Positions 7,767 to 16,811 of a stretch of 64,000 nucleotides of DNA are shown one piece after another. Within the stretch, counting starts at the first letter, position 1. Every line of letters starts with the position of its first letter. The position numbers were made by a program, and so were the translations under genes. The notes under the pieces were generated by a model. That model searched no databases. It saw nothing but the letters and a program-made list of their open reading frames with translations, and was not told where the DNA came from. This stretch comes from a virus (lineage: Duplodnaviria > Caudoviricetes): positions 4,521 to 68,520 of the IMG/VR virus record IMGVR_UViG_2681813215_000001, one strand, 5' to 3'.

Positions 7767-9007
7767 GCCCTGAAGAGGTGTTGAGCCGCACCGTACTTGA
7801 CTGCATCGCCGCTATCGACATGGAAGACATTGAGGCGCTACTTGCCCCCATCCGCGCGCAGCTTCCCGAGTATGCGAGGAACTCGCAGTTGTGGCGTTTG
7901 GAGCCCTGCGATTTTGAAATCTACCGCGCGAGATCCAAGCGAAAACAAAGATCAACCCCCGTGGACTCACTTGGCCCGGTTTGGCTTTCGAGTGGGACAC
8001 ACCAGAAGACGAAGAAGTTGATGCAGCGTGAATTCTCCAATCGCGTTGATTGTTGTGGCACTACTCACTGGTGTCGCGTTGCCTGGTCTGATCTTTGCGG
8101 GGGACGCGTTCCGGGAGTGCTGGAAAACCGATCACGTACCCGGCTATCAGTCCCCACTAGTACATGGTTGGGAGGACTGACCATGTCACGTGAGATCCGA
8201 AGGGTTCCTGTTGATTTCGAATGGCCTATCAACAAGGTCTGGGAAGGCTATCAACTCCCCGAAAAGTACACCGCAGACCCGTGTCCAGACTGCTACAGGC
8301 TGGGCTACTACGGCGAGCGCTCATTCGGCTCGGGCGCAACAGCTTCCCTCAACTGGTTACACGCAGCCCTCTACCTCGTAGGGATGATGGCAGAAGATAT
8401 ACGTGCTCAAGGGTTCGAGGGAACTGAGCTTCAGTTCACCCAATTCGGTGACGATAGAAGTAGATTGCACCCTTATCTGGCTACCCTACAAGGGATTAAC
8501 GTCTACGAGCATCGTCGGCCCTCGCGCGACATCATCGAACTGGCTAGTGGGCTCATCGGAGACAACCGTGTGAGTTTCGGTATCGGCTCCGACTTTGCAC
8601 GCCACGCCACTAAGGCACTGAAAGAAGCCGCTGGTGTCGATGAGAACTGGGGTGAATGCCCGACTTGTGACGGTCATGGCTCCGTAGAAAAGTACCCAGG
8701 CCAGCATGTCGAAGGCGAGGCATGGTCCGAGGAAGACCACGACCCACCTACCGGAGACGGTTGGCAGGTATGGGAAACGGTCAGCGAGGGCAGTCCCATC
8801 TCGCCGGTGTTCCCCAACCGTGAAGGTGTCATCCAATGGCTGATGTCCCCGGCCTACACATGGGGAACCTCACGACCACTCACACGCGAACAGGCTGAAG
8901 CCTTTGTAGGTGCCGGCTACTCCATTGGCAGCGGCGTGATCATGTCCGATGGCCGTCACATACCCGGCGACGCGGCAGTCCATGAACTTAAGGCGGGTCA
9001 ATCATGA
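7763..9007 (+). CDS. Hypothetical CxxC protein; internal start with GGAGG at 8183 likely
   Basis: MSREIRRVPVDFEWP at 8183; CPDC and CPTCDG motifs; WQVWETVSEGSPISPVF. Confidence 0.65.
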   Translation: MSPEEVLSRTVLDCIAAIDMEDIEALLAPIRAQLPEYARNSQLWRLEPCDFEIYRARSKRKQRSTPVDSLGPVWLSSGTHQKTKKLMQREFSNRVDCCGTTHWCRVAWSDLCGGRVPGVLENRSRTRLSVPTSTWLGGLTMSREIRRVPVDFEWPINKVWEGYQLPEKYTADPCPDCYRLGYYGERSFGSGATASLNWLHAALYLVGMMAEDIRAQGFEGTELQFTQFGDDRSRLHPYLATLQGINVYEHRRPSRDIIELASGLIGDNRVSFGIGSDFARHATKALKEAAGVDENWGECPTCDGHGSVEKYPGQHVEGEAWSEEDHDPPTGDGWQVWETVSEGSPISPVFPNREGVIQWLMSPAYTWGTSRPLTREQAEAFVGAGYSIGSGVIMSDGRHIPGDAAVHELKAGQS

Positions 9008-9183
9008 TCCAGATCTACCCGATCCCATGGTGTTACAAGCATGGAGCGTTTCATGAGGATTGCCCTAAGGGTGAGCCGTCGCAGCATGGGCATCTGATCG
9101 CGAATGTTGTTGGATTCGTGTCACTTACCGCAGTCTTATTCATATTCATTGTGGGTATGTACTTCCTGGCGGGTGGGCGATGA
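9004..9183 (+). CDS. Small membrane protein
   Basis: ATGA-coupled at both ends; C-terminal hydrophobic helix. Confidence 0.55.
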   Translation: MIQIYPIPWCYKHGAFHEDCPKGEPSQHGHLIANVVGFVSLTAVLFIFIVGMYFLAGGR

Positions 9184-9404
9184 ACAACGTGAGCTCGATA
9201 GACCAACTGTTCGCGACAGCCAACCACCACCTCAACCAAGAGCTTGCGGTTATCGCAGACCTACTCGCGGAAGCATCCCCAGAGCTGGTGTGGGACCGCT
9301 ACGGACGTGAAATCCTGGCCCGCTTGGAGTCTGGGGACTGCAACTACAGGACGGTCGCAGCAGTACATGTAGCGGCAGTCGTCCGGTTAGCGAGGCAGTC
9401 ATGA
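9180..9404 (+). CDS. Hypothetical protein
   Basis: Coupled operon gene. Confidence 0.65.
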   Translation: MNNVSSIDQLFATANHHLNQELAVIADLLAEASPELVWDRYGREILARLESGDCNYRTVAAVHVAAVVRLARQS

Positions 9405-9580
9405 TGACCATCTTCTGTGCCGTGCTGACGATCGCACTGCTGTGGCTTATGGCCGAGAACGGCTTGTTGCGAAGCGAGAACACTGAGTTGCGGCGAGCTG
9501 TCGCCCGTCTGTCAAAGCATCCCTCCACCTACCACGAACAACCACTTCCTTACGCGCGGAGGCGAGCTGACGATGAGTAG
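9401..9580 (+). CDS. Small membrane/coiled-coil protein
   Basis: MMTIFCAVLTIALLWLMAENGLLRSEN; fills the operon gap. Confidence 0.55.
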   Translation: MMTIFCAVLTIALLWLMAENGLLRSENTELRRAVARLSKHPSTYHEQPLPYARRRADDE

Positions 9581-9806
9581 CGCCTACTACTCCCTGTTCA
9601 TCTCGGACTATGTGAATGACACCACCGACCAGGATTATGCGTCGAATTGGGATGAGGCACAGGGGAAAGCGGCAGCCTACGCAGCGGACAACAGCTATCA
9701 GATGGAGCTGCATCAGCGCAGCGATGACCATGCCGTGTGGTGGCTATCGCGGGGTTTGGAGTTGGCGGCCATCGTTTCCCTGGAGAGGCAGTACTCCGAT
9801 GAGTGA
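9573..9806 (+). CDS. Hypothetical protein
   Basis: GGAGG RBS; overlaps neighbours. Confidence 0.6.
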   Translation: MSSAYYSLFISDYVNDTTDQDYASNWDEAQGKAAAYAADNSYQMELHQRSDDHAVWWLSRGLELAAIVSLERQYSDE

Positions 9807-9975
9807 TTGCCGTTGCGAGAAGCCACTACTGATTGAGCGCTGGGGAGAAGGGTGGCGCTGGTGCTGGGTTGATCAATCCGGCAAGCCACACAAGGGCATG
9901 TTCCCGCACCCCGACAAGCAAGCCGCCCAAGCAGCTGGCGAGCGGTTCCAGTACGCGAAGGGGATGCGCCCGTGA
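9799..9975 (+). CDS. Hypothetical protein
   Basis: MSDCRCEKPLL; GGAG RBS. Confidence 0.55.
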   Translation: MSDCRCEKPLLIERWGEGWRWCWVDQSGKPHKGMFPHPDKQAAQAAGERFQYAKGMRP

Positions 9976-10120
9976 AGTGCCGATTCTGCGAAGGCAGCCG
10001 ACAGATTCTGATCGCAGATGTGTATTCGTCTGTCGGGTCGCAGCGTGATTCCTATGTGGCCTGGGAGCTCTCAACCCCTGAGCCGTGCCCCTGGTGCTTG
10101 AGACGTGAGGAGTTAGTGGC

Positions 10121-11239
10121 GTGACCGAGTTGAATCCGTCTGAATCGCAGCGGAAAGCGATGCTGGAAAAGCTCGCCGATCATTCAATGTGGGATCGAGA
10201 GGGTATGCAACGAGCGGTATATGAAATGATCGAAGTCGCCAATAGCGTCCCCGAGGGTGCTCCTGTCGGCACCATCGCACGACGACCAGGCGGACGCTGG
10301 ATTGCAGACAGAGCGACGCCTACCGATTGGCGCTATACGCCACTTCAGAGATCTCACACGTGGCCGAAGCCCAACGAAGCTGATTCTTGGCCTGTCATCT
10401 ACGACCCGACAAAGCCGGAGTATCCACATGTTGATGGTCCGCAGGTGTGGATTTCGCCTGATTGTTTCGCTGACTACGATGAGCGAATAATCAACTGGCG
10501 CAACAGGAATTACTACAGACCGCGCGGTGCCTCAAATGAGGTAGACCCTGAGGTTATTGCCGAGGTTGAGTCGTTGGGTCTTGACCCGACAGCACAACAG
10601 GAACCGGTAGAGATTCCCGGATTCGAGTGCCCCTGCTGCCGCTTGAACTTCACTGAAGATTCACCACGGGTTGAGGTTTGTGAACTGTGCGTCGCGTCGC
10701 ATCCGATCACCCTCCGAGGCCAGGAGCCAGAAAGTGGAGACGACTGCCGTAACTGCGATGGCCGCAGATGCATGGGCTGCGTATTCCGAGAGTACGACCA
10801 CGACTGTGCCGATGACTGCCCGGACTGCTGCACACCCCCTCGTACACCCCGTGTTGTTGACCGTCTAGGGGTAGACGAGCAGGGATCACGGTGGCGGGAC
10901 CGGGATGGTGATAAATGGCGCTACCAAGCAAACAAAGGTTGGCAGTACACAGACGAAGGCAAGTGGGTTGACCAATACATGCAGGCATCGATTCTAGAAG
11001 GCGATGGCCCCTACACCGAAATCCTTGAGCCCCGTGTACTTCCCACGTTGGACTGTGAAGAGGCGCGGGACGGCTCGGTATGGACCGACTCGCAAGGTGT
11101 CCTTGATTGGCACTATCGATTTCGTGGGGTATGGGAGAGCTTCTCGGTTTACGGTTCCCGTACCTGGGTTCCCCTACGCGCCCTGAATCACCTGAAGCTG
11201 CATGGTCCATACACCGAAGTTCTCGGTGATCCGTCATGA
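10121..11239 (+). CDS. Modular hypothetical protein with Cys-rich segments and a duplicated C-terminal module
   Basis: CPCC/CELC and CRNC...CPDCC clusters; two PRV...W.D..G..W.Y...GPYTE(I/V)L repeats. Confidence 0.75.
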   Translation: MTELNPSESQRKAMLEKLADHSMWDREGMQRAVYEMIEVANSVPEGAPVGTIARRPGGRWIADRATPTDWRYTPLQRSHTWPKPNEADSWPVIYDPTKPEYPHVDGPQVWISPDCFADYDERIINWRNRNYYRPRGASNEVDPEVIAEVESLGLDPTAQQEPVEIPGFECPCCRLNFTEDSPRVEVCELCVASHPITLRGQEPESGDDCRNCDGRRCMGCVFREYDHDCADDCPDCCTPPRTPRVVDRLGVDEQGSRWRDRDGDKWRYQANKGWQYTDEGKWVDQYMQASILEGDGPYTEILEPRVLPTLDCEEARDGSVWTDSQGVLDWHYRFRGVWESFSVYGSRTWVPLRALNHLKLHGPYTEVLGDPS

Positions 11240-11727
11240 CCGATACCCCTATGACTGAGCTTCAAGCTGTTGCCGGTGAGGCTGCGGTGTTCGCCTACAT
11301 CGAGTCTCAAGCCAAAGCGTGTAAGGAGGAGCGCCGGGATTGGGTTGCTGCTCGTATGCGGGAGCAGGGTATCCGGGGGACTGTTGACGGTATGGCGATG
11401 GGTCAAATCGTCGGCGCTGTAACAGTGAATGGCCCTAAACGAAAGATTGGCATCACGAACCACGCCGAGTTCGTCGCTTACGCAGTCCAGCATCACGCCG
11501 ACGCTTTAAGACTTCCCTACCAATACGAACGCGCCCTACTGGACAAGCTGACCGACCATGACGGGACGTTCATCGACCGCGCCGGCACCGTCGTCCCCGG
11601 GGTTGACTGGGTAGAAACCACAGGATCTTCCAGTGCTTCAGCCAACAAGGATACGTGCCCGATTCTGGTGCGCGGCATGCTCTCCAACGGACGGGTCTCT
11701 CTCGATCTGAAGGCGGTCGAGTCATGA
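11236..11727 (+). CDS. Hypothetical protein (possibly Gp157/Gam-like)
   Basis: Coupled ORF; AKACKEERRDWVAARM helix and VPGVDWVE. Confidence 0.65.
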   Translation: MTDTPMTELQAVAGEAAVFAYIESQAKACKEERRDWVAARMREQGIRGTVDGMAMGQIVGAVTVNGPKRKIGITNHAEFVAYAVQHHADALRLPYQYERALLDKLTDHDGTFIDRAGTVVPGVDWVETTGSSSASANKDTCPILVRGMLSNGRVSLDLKAVES

Positions 11728-11894
11728 CCCTGCCCGAGAGGATGCGGCTGGCTGCCGACATTTTGGATGAGGCCCAAGCCAGGTACCTGTCCGACTATCC
11801 CTGGCTTGCAGACGAGCTCGAGGGTGGCTGGTCGGCGAACGGGTTGAGGACTTTCGCTGAGATTTGGGAACGCCAGGAGGCCGCAAGTGCCTAG
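11724..11894 (+). CDS. Hypothetical protein
   Basis: MTLPERMRLAAD; coupled. Confidence 0.6.
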   Translation: MTLPERMRLAADILDEAQARYLSDYPWLADELEGGWSANGLRTFAEIWERQEAASA

Positions 11895-12534
11895 GCTCCT
11901 GGATCTTTTCTGTGGCGCGGGAGGCGCTGGTATGGGGTATCGCCGAGCCGGTTTTGAGGTTGTGGGGGTTGATATCAATCCGCAGCCGAACTATCCGTTC
12001 GAGTTTCATCAGGCGGACGCTTTGGAGTTCCTTGCCGAGCATGGCGGGGAGTTCGACGTCATACACGCTTCCCCGCCTTGCCAGGATCATTCACCACTAA
12101 GGTCGCGCGCCGGCGTTCATGGCACTGGATGGCTACTGGGAGCCACATTCGATTCCTTGATGTCTCAGCCGGCGCCCTGGGTGATTGAGAATGTGATGGG
12201 CGCTGACATGCGCGCCGATCTAGTGCTATGTGGGGGGATGTTCGGGCTACGAACGTATCGGCACAGGAAGTTCCGGATCGATCTGCGGTTGCCGATGTTG
12301 TTGACGGAGCCGATTCATCCGCCACATGTGGTGAAGACCTGCACTAAACAGCGTCGCAAGGGCTTTGAAGCCGGCATGAACGTCTCCATCACAGGGGATG
12401 TGGGCTCATGGGTGGGGCCGGCCTGTATGGGTATCGATTGGATGACCGGTGCTGAACTATCGCAGGCCATTCCGCCGGCATACACCATGTATATCGGATC
12501 CCAGCTGCTCGAGCACATGAGGGCTGCGGCATGA
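11887..12534 (+). CDS. Compact DNA cytosine-C5 methyltransferase
   Basis: Motif I LDLFCGAGG, motif IV ASPPCQ, motif VI ENV, C-terminal QAIPPAY. Confidence 0.88.
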   Translation: MPRLLDLFCGAGGAGMGYRRAGFEVVGVDINPQPNYPFEFHQADALEFLAEHGGEFDVIHASPPCQDHSPLRSRAGVHGTGWLLGATFDSLMSQPAPWVIENVMGADMRADLVLCGGMFGLRTYRHRKFRIDLRLPMLLTEPIHPPHVVKTCTKQRRKGFEAGMNVSITGDVGSWVGPACMGIDWMTGAELSQAIPPAYTMYIGSQLLEHMRAAA

Positions 12535-12887
12535 AGGCTGGCGAGTTCACCGCGGAATCCAAAGAGCTCATGGCCTATCGCTGCGGCGGCGAGTGCGAGG
12601 TGTGTTGGCCGAACGTTTGCATGCAGACGGTAGAGACGTATCACCATCGTCGCCCTAGAGGCCGGGGTGGTAGCCGCCAGGAGTCCACGAGCCAGCCTTC
12701 GAACGGGCTCGGGATATGCCGCGGCTGCCACTCCTTCATTGAGACGCGTGAGCGCGGTAAGGCTATCGAGTTGGGGTTCATTGTGTCTCAGTGGGGTGAG
12801 CCGGCGCAGGTTCCCGTGTTCTATCGGCACGAGTTTAGGGCGTTGTTGGGTGATGACGGTTCTGTTATCCGGGAGGTGGCGGCGTGA
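12531..12887 (+). CDS. HNH-like nuclease / Zn-finger protein
   Basis: CGGECEVC...YHHRRPRGRGG...NGLGICRGCH. Confidence 0.75.
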   Translation: MKAGEFTAESKELMAYRCGGECEVCWPNVCMQTVETYHHRRPRGRGGSRQESTSQPSNGLGICRGCHSFIETRERGKAIELGFIVSQWGEPAQVPVFYRHEFRALLGDDGSVIREVAA

Positions 12888-13300
12888 GGCGAACGTTTGA
12901 TCCTTTGAATGTGGATGCTGTTCTGCAGGGTTATCCGGTGTCGTTGTCGAAGTCTGATCGTGTGGTGGCGGCGAAAGTGCTAACGGCGCAGGGGTTGAAG
13001 GCTGGTGATGTCGCCGAGCGGCTGAATGTCACTGATCGGCAGATTGAGCGCTACAAGTCTGCACCAATGCCCGAACCCGAGGAGCCTTTGGTAGTGGATT
13101 ACGAGTTCTGCTCCAGTGAGCAGGTTTTGGTTCGTAAGGCAACGGATCTGATTCGGTCACTGCGAACCAAGGACCACATGGAAGTGCTGGGGGATTGTGT
13201 GGACTTCTGCGCCTGGCATCCCGGCCTAGCAGCACAAGTCATGTGTGCGTTGGCGTTGTGGGCCGATTCGGGTGAGTGGGCTTTGAGGAGGACGGCGTGA
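12884..13300 (+). CDS. HTH DNA-binding protein
   Basis: GLKAGDVAERLNVTDRQIERYK. Confidence 0.75.
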   Translation: MRRTFDPLNVDAVLQGYPVSLSKSDRVVAAKVLTAQGLKAGDVAERLNVTDRQIERYKSAPMPEPEEPLVVDYEFCSSEQVLVRKATDLIRSLRTKDHMEVLGDCVDFCAWHPGLAAQVMCALALWADSGEWALRRTA

Positions 13301-13449
13301 CTGTTTGGCCTACCTACCATTTCTGCCGTTGTGGTCATCAGAGATACCAGCACAACTCTGGAGCTGGTGACTGTTACGGGGCTTTGGATGACGGTGTGAC
13401 CCTTTGTGATTGCGGAGGGTTTGTTGAAGACAAGAAGGAATGCGCATGA
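13297..13449 (+). CDS. Cys/His-rich mini-protein
   Basis: CRCGHQRYQH...C...CDCGGF; GTGA/ATGA-coupled. Confidence 0.55.
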   Translation: MTVWPTYHFCRCGHQRYQHNSGAGDCYGALDDGVTLCDCGGFVEDKKECA

Positions 13450-13853
13450 GCGGCAATGAAGAAGTGGGCGCGGTGGCAGTACTTGTAGAAGCCCTCCAGG
13501 GTCCGTGGGTGTGGACCGATCCAGAGACCGGCGAGGGTGTTCCCTACACCCCTGAGATGACCGCGCAGAGACTGCTCAGCACCCTCAAGGCTAATGGATA
13601 CGCACTAGTAGAACTTCCGGCGCCGGAGGCAAGGGGTGTTACCGGGCAGTCGGAGTGGCCCGTTCCCATCACCTGCACATTGACAGGAGGGCTGCGTACA
13701 GGTTCGCGAGGCGGGGCGGTGTTCATCCGCAGATCTGATGGCCGTATTGCCCTGGATGGCATACCTACGCCCCTACCTACTGCCGACGACGCGCGGCGTA
13801 CTGCTGCCGCCCTTCTCGCCGCTGCGGCTGAACGTGATTCGGAGGAGCGATGA
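13446..13853 (+). CDS. Hypothetical protein
   Basis: Coupled operon gene. Confidence 0.65.
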   Translation: MSGNEEVGAVAVLVEALQGPWVWTDPETGEGVPYTPEMTAQRLLSTLKANGYALVELPAPEARGVTGQSEWPVPITCTLTGGLRTGSRGGAVFIRRSDGRIALDGIPTPLPTADDARRTAAALLAAAAERDSEER

Positions 13854-14053
13854 GCGACAACCCGTGGCATTTTGTTGACAAGTTCCCGGGGGAATGCACA
13901 ACCGAAGTGGGTCGGAGTGGTGAGGTTCAGCCTTGCGACAAGCCCGCCTACGCCGTCGCATTCGACACCGAGGGCTACTGGCCTGTGTGTATCCATCATG
14001 CGCGGGGTCAAGCGTTGGTCACTCTCTCTGAGATTCTGGCGGCTCACTCATGA
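13850..14053 (+). CDS. Small Cys/His protein, paralog of 17997-18203
   Basis: PAYAVAFD.EGYWPVCIHHARG shared. Confidence 0.7.
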   Translation: MSDNPWHFVDKFPGECTTEVGRSGEVQPCDKPAYAVAFDTEGYWPVCIHHARGQALVTLSEILAAHS

Positions 14054-14190
14054 GCGACACCTGCTGCTGCAGCCACGATCTCGATGAACATCCGGGTTTC
14101 GGTCGCTGTCAAGGCACTCTCCCTGGTTCTTGGGAGCCTCTTTACCGGTACTGCCCCTGTGGGGGATTTGAGAGGAGTGACGATGAGTGA
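14050..14190 (+). CDS. Cys/His-rich mini-protein
   Basis: MSDTCCCSHDLDEH...C...YCPCGGF. Confidence 0.5.
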   Translation: MSDTCCCSHDLDEHPGFGRCQGTLPGSWEPLYRYCPCGGFERSDDE

Positions 14191-14383
14191 CGAAACCGTT
14201 GATTCGTTGACGGATCTTCTGGAGCGGCTGGACGCTGCTGAGGTCAAGCTAGTGCAGCTCTCAGAGTTCCACAAACCCCTGAGTCACGAGCGGATACGCC
14301 TAGAGGGCAAGGCTAATGGTGTACGCCTCGCCGCTTCTTACGTCCGTGAGTCCCTTCGCCTCGCCGACCAGGAGGCAGTGTAG
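14183..14383 (+). CDS. Hypothetical protein
   Basis: GAGGAG RBS; MSDETVDSL. Confidence 0.6.
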   Translation: MSDETVDSLTDLLERLDAAEVKLVQLSEFHKPLSHERIRLEGKANGVRLAASYVRESLRLADQEAV

Positions 14384-14959
14384 ATGGCCGTCACCAAGAG
14401 GCTCAGGTATGAAGTCCTGCGCCGCGACAACTACAGCTGCCGCTACTGCGGACGTTCCGCTCCCGAGGTGAAGCTGACGGTTGATCACGTTGTCCCAGTT
14501 GCCTTGGGGGGTAGTGATGAGCCGTCGAACCTGGTAGCGGCTTGTGCGGACTGCAATGCCGGGAAGTCGTCGGTGCCGGCGGACGCGCCCCTTGTGGCCG
14601 ATGTGGCCGCTGATGCGCTGCGTTGGTCGAGAGCCATGAACCAAGTGGCTGAGATGCGTATCGCCCAGATTGAGAGCGATGCAGGGGTTCTGAAGTGGTT
14701 CCGCGATCTATGGGGCGAGTGGACCTATGGACCCGAAAAGCTTCCAGTTCCAGCACCGGATGGATTCGATGGCGTGCTCAAGTTCCTGGCTAACGGGCTG
14801 AGCCGTGAGGAGATCGCGAATCTCGTGCGGGTGGCAATGAAGGCCGATCACATCCGGCCCGATGCTACGTGGAGGTACTTCTGTGGCTGCTGTTGGAAAC
14901 GTGTGCGGGAGAACGTCGATATGGCTGCTGAGCTCATTGCCGCTGAGGGTGATGTCTGA
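14384..14959 (+). CDS. HNH endonuclease
   Basis: LRRDNYSCRYCG...VDHVVPVALGGSDEPSNLVAACADCNAGK. Confidence 0.9.
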   Translation: MAVTKRLRYEVLRRDNYSCRYCGRSAPEVKLTVDHVVPVALGGSDEPSNLVAACADCNAGKSSVPADAPLVADVAADALRWSRAMNQVAEMRIAQIESDAGVLKWFRDLWGEWTYGPEKLPVPAPDGFDGVLKFLANGLSREEIANLVRVAMKADHIRPDATWRYFCGCCWKRVRENVDMAAELIAAEGDV

Positions 14960-15822
14960 TGGCCAATGCGGCGGGTCTCATCAATGAAGGTCTGTGGCGT
15001 AAAGACCGCGACTTCCAACGCCTTCCACGGCTCGTGCAGTGCACGTTCCTACAGGTGTTGTCACAGAAGGATCTGGACACCGCTGGTGTCCTGACGCTGC
15101 ACCTGGAACTCCTGGCGAAGGGCTGCGACGAGCTGACTACGGAGCAGCTGCGGTCCGACCTCAAGGTACTAGGGGAACGACGATTTGTGTTCGTGGACTA
15201 CGACACCGATGAACTACTGATTCGTTCGTACGTGCGCGTCGTGAGTGTCAATTCACCGAACGCCTGGAAGTCGGTGCCAAAGAACGCTCGGCTCCTCGCG
15301 TCCGAGAAGCTGCGGCACGAGCTGGCGACAGAACTCAGACGCCTACGGAAGGCGGATGCCACTGCACTCGCCAATGAGATAGACCCCCAACCAACCCCAT
15401 CTGGACCCCGTCCCGACCCGGTGGCGACCCCATCCGAAGGGAATACCCCATCCGAAGGGGGTCCGAATCCCCCCAGTCTAGTACCAGTACAAGTCCAGTC
15501 TTCTGTTGGTAATGGGTCACTTTGGGAAGGCGAACCCCCCAGCCCCTACTGCCAAGACCATCCAAACGGCACACCGCGGGCATGCCTCAAATGTCAGCGC
15601 TGCCGCGAGGAATCTCAGCGCTGGATAGACGACAAGGCCGCTTACGAAAAGTCCCTGCGTGCCGCAGTGGCTGAGCGCCGGCGCAACTGCAAGCTCTGCG
15701 GCGGCAGCGGATGGATCGACCTCCCTGACGATTCCGGCGCCACCGACTGCGAATGCAAAACACCCATCCCGAATCTCCAGCTTGTCCATGACGCCACAAA
15801 CCAAAGGAGGTCGGCATCGTGA
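14959..15822 (+). CDS. Phage replication initiator (lambda O-like position)
   Basis: N-terminal wHTH-like region, Pro-rich linker containing iterons, C-terminal Cys motifs. Confidence 0.65.
   Translation: MANAAGLINEGLWRKDRDFQRLPRLVQCTFLQVLSQKDLDTAGVLTLHLELLAKGCDELTTEQLRSDLKVLGERRFVFVDYDTDELLIRSYVRVVSVNSPNAWKSVPKNARLLASEKLRHELATELRRLRKADATALANEIDPQPTPSGPRPDPVATPSEGNTPSEGGPNPPSLVPVQVQSSVGNGSLWEGEPPSPYCQDHPNGTPRACLKCQRCREESQRWIDDKAAYEKSLRAAVAERRRNCKLCGGSGWIDLPDDSGATDCECKTPIPNLQLVHDATNQRRSAS
15394..15459 (+). repeat. Iteron-like repeats (putative ori)
   Basis: ACCCCATCCGAAGGG at 15427 and 15445; ACCCCATCTGGA at 15394. Confidence 0.65.
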
Positions 15823-15872
15823 CAACCCAAGCAGTAACAGACATCAAAGAACTCGTAGGAGAACGGGAATGA
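15819..15872 (+). CDS. 17-aa micro-ORF MTTQAVTDIKELVGERE
   Basis: AAGGAGG RBS; GTGA and ATGA overlaps at both ends. Confidence 0.45.
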   Translation: MTTQAVTDIKELVGERE

Positions 15873-16135
15873 TTGACATCAATGCAGCGAACGAAGACAA
15901 GTCAATCAGAGACTACGTGCGTGAAGCCGTGAAGTCCGGGGAGACGCACGACCAGTTGGTACGTCGGGATGCTTTTACGTCAGTAATAGAACGGCTGGAG
16001 ATGCGAAAAGTTGACTTCCTTGATTCTGCCCGTAAATTCCCGTGTGCAGGTATGGAGTACAGCGACCACATGGAGCTACTAGGCAGGGCATATGGGATAG
16101 ACATAGCTCTCTCATACCTAAGGGAGGAACAATGA
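15869..16135 (+). CDS. Hypothetical protein
   Basis: AGGAG RBS; coupled. Confidence 0.6.
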   Translation: MIDINAANEDKSIRDYVREAVKSGETHDQLVRRDAFTSVIERLEMRKVDFLDSARKFPCAGMEYSDHMELLGRAYGIDIALSYLREEQ

Positions 16136-16455
16136 GAACCCTACTTACGGCTGTAATCGCCGTGTTGTCAATCGGTTTCGCCGTACCGGCTGTCGCTGAT
16201 CCGTACCACGATCCGTACCACCCCGATTACGTCCGGGGCTGGTGCCCCGGTGGTGGGACCAACGAGGGTGTCGGTGTGTCGTACTCCAACCTGACGGGTT
16301 GGTGCAACGGTGTCCAGTACCCGGACGGGACGTTCTGGCACCAGACGGCGTACACCGCGTTCGGTCGGTTCCGTATTGATACCGCGTGCAAGACGCGGAA
16401 CGGGATTCTGTTGTCGGATGCACCTTCTGGTGGGTGCGGTGGTGAATGGCCATGA
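16132..16455 (+). CDS. Small secreted Cys-containing mycobacterial-type protein
   Basis: Signal peptide ending PAVA-DP; WCPGGG...WCNG...YPDGTFWH...GGCGG. Confidence 0.75.
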   Translation: MRTLLTAVIAVLSIGFAVPAVADPYHDPYHPDYVRGWCPGGGTNEGVGVSYSNLTGWCNGVQYPDGTFWHQTAYTAFGRFRIDTACKTRNGILLSDAPSGGCGGEWP

Positions 16456-16811
16456 GTGAGTTGACTGAACGCGGTAAGGCGCTCCTGGAAGGCGTAACCG
16501 AGGGAGTGTGGACGGTTGACGCCGCGTGGGGAGGCCACTACGGCGTGCGGGGCGGCAAATATCAACTACAGGTCGTATACGCCCACTCCGACTGGGAGGG
16601 ATTCGGCAACGGAAGCAGGCTGGCCGACGCCGAGTTCATTGCCGCTTCAAGGCAGTTGGTTCCCGAACTCATCGCAGAAGTAGAGCGGCTAGAGGGCCTG
16701 TTGGACTGGGCGAATACCGCCTTAAGGGCCTCGCTGGATAGTCAGGCAGCTGGTTGGACCGAGGTGAAGCGTCTTCGGGATGCACTACAAGTAGAGGAGA
16801 GCAAGGAATGA
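16452..16811 (+). CDS. Hypothetical protein (Ead-like)
   Basis: ADAEFIAASRQLVPELIAEVERL. Confidence 0.7.
   Translation: MSELTERGKALLEGVTEGVWTVDAAWGGHYGVRGGKYQLQVVYAHSDWEGFGNGSRLADAEFIAASRQLVPELIAEVERLEGLLDWANTALRASLDSQAAGWTEVKRLRDALQVEESKE

Noticed and set aside
7215-11239. Diversity-generating retroelement (TR/VR pair)
   Set aside because: No reverse transcriptase, and the shared blocks are short with no A-specific mismatch pattern evident.
5556-13300. C-terminal -AA/-TA/-SA ends as ssrA-like degrons
   Set aside because: Largely explained by recurrent GCATGA/GCGTGA stop-start junctions; cannot be separated from that bias.
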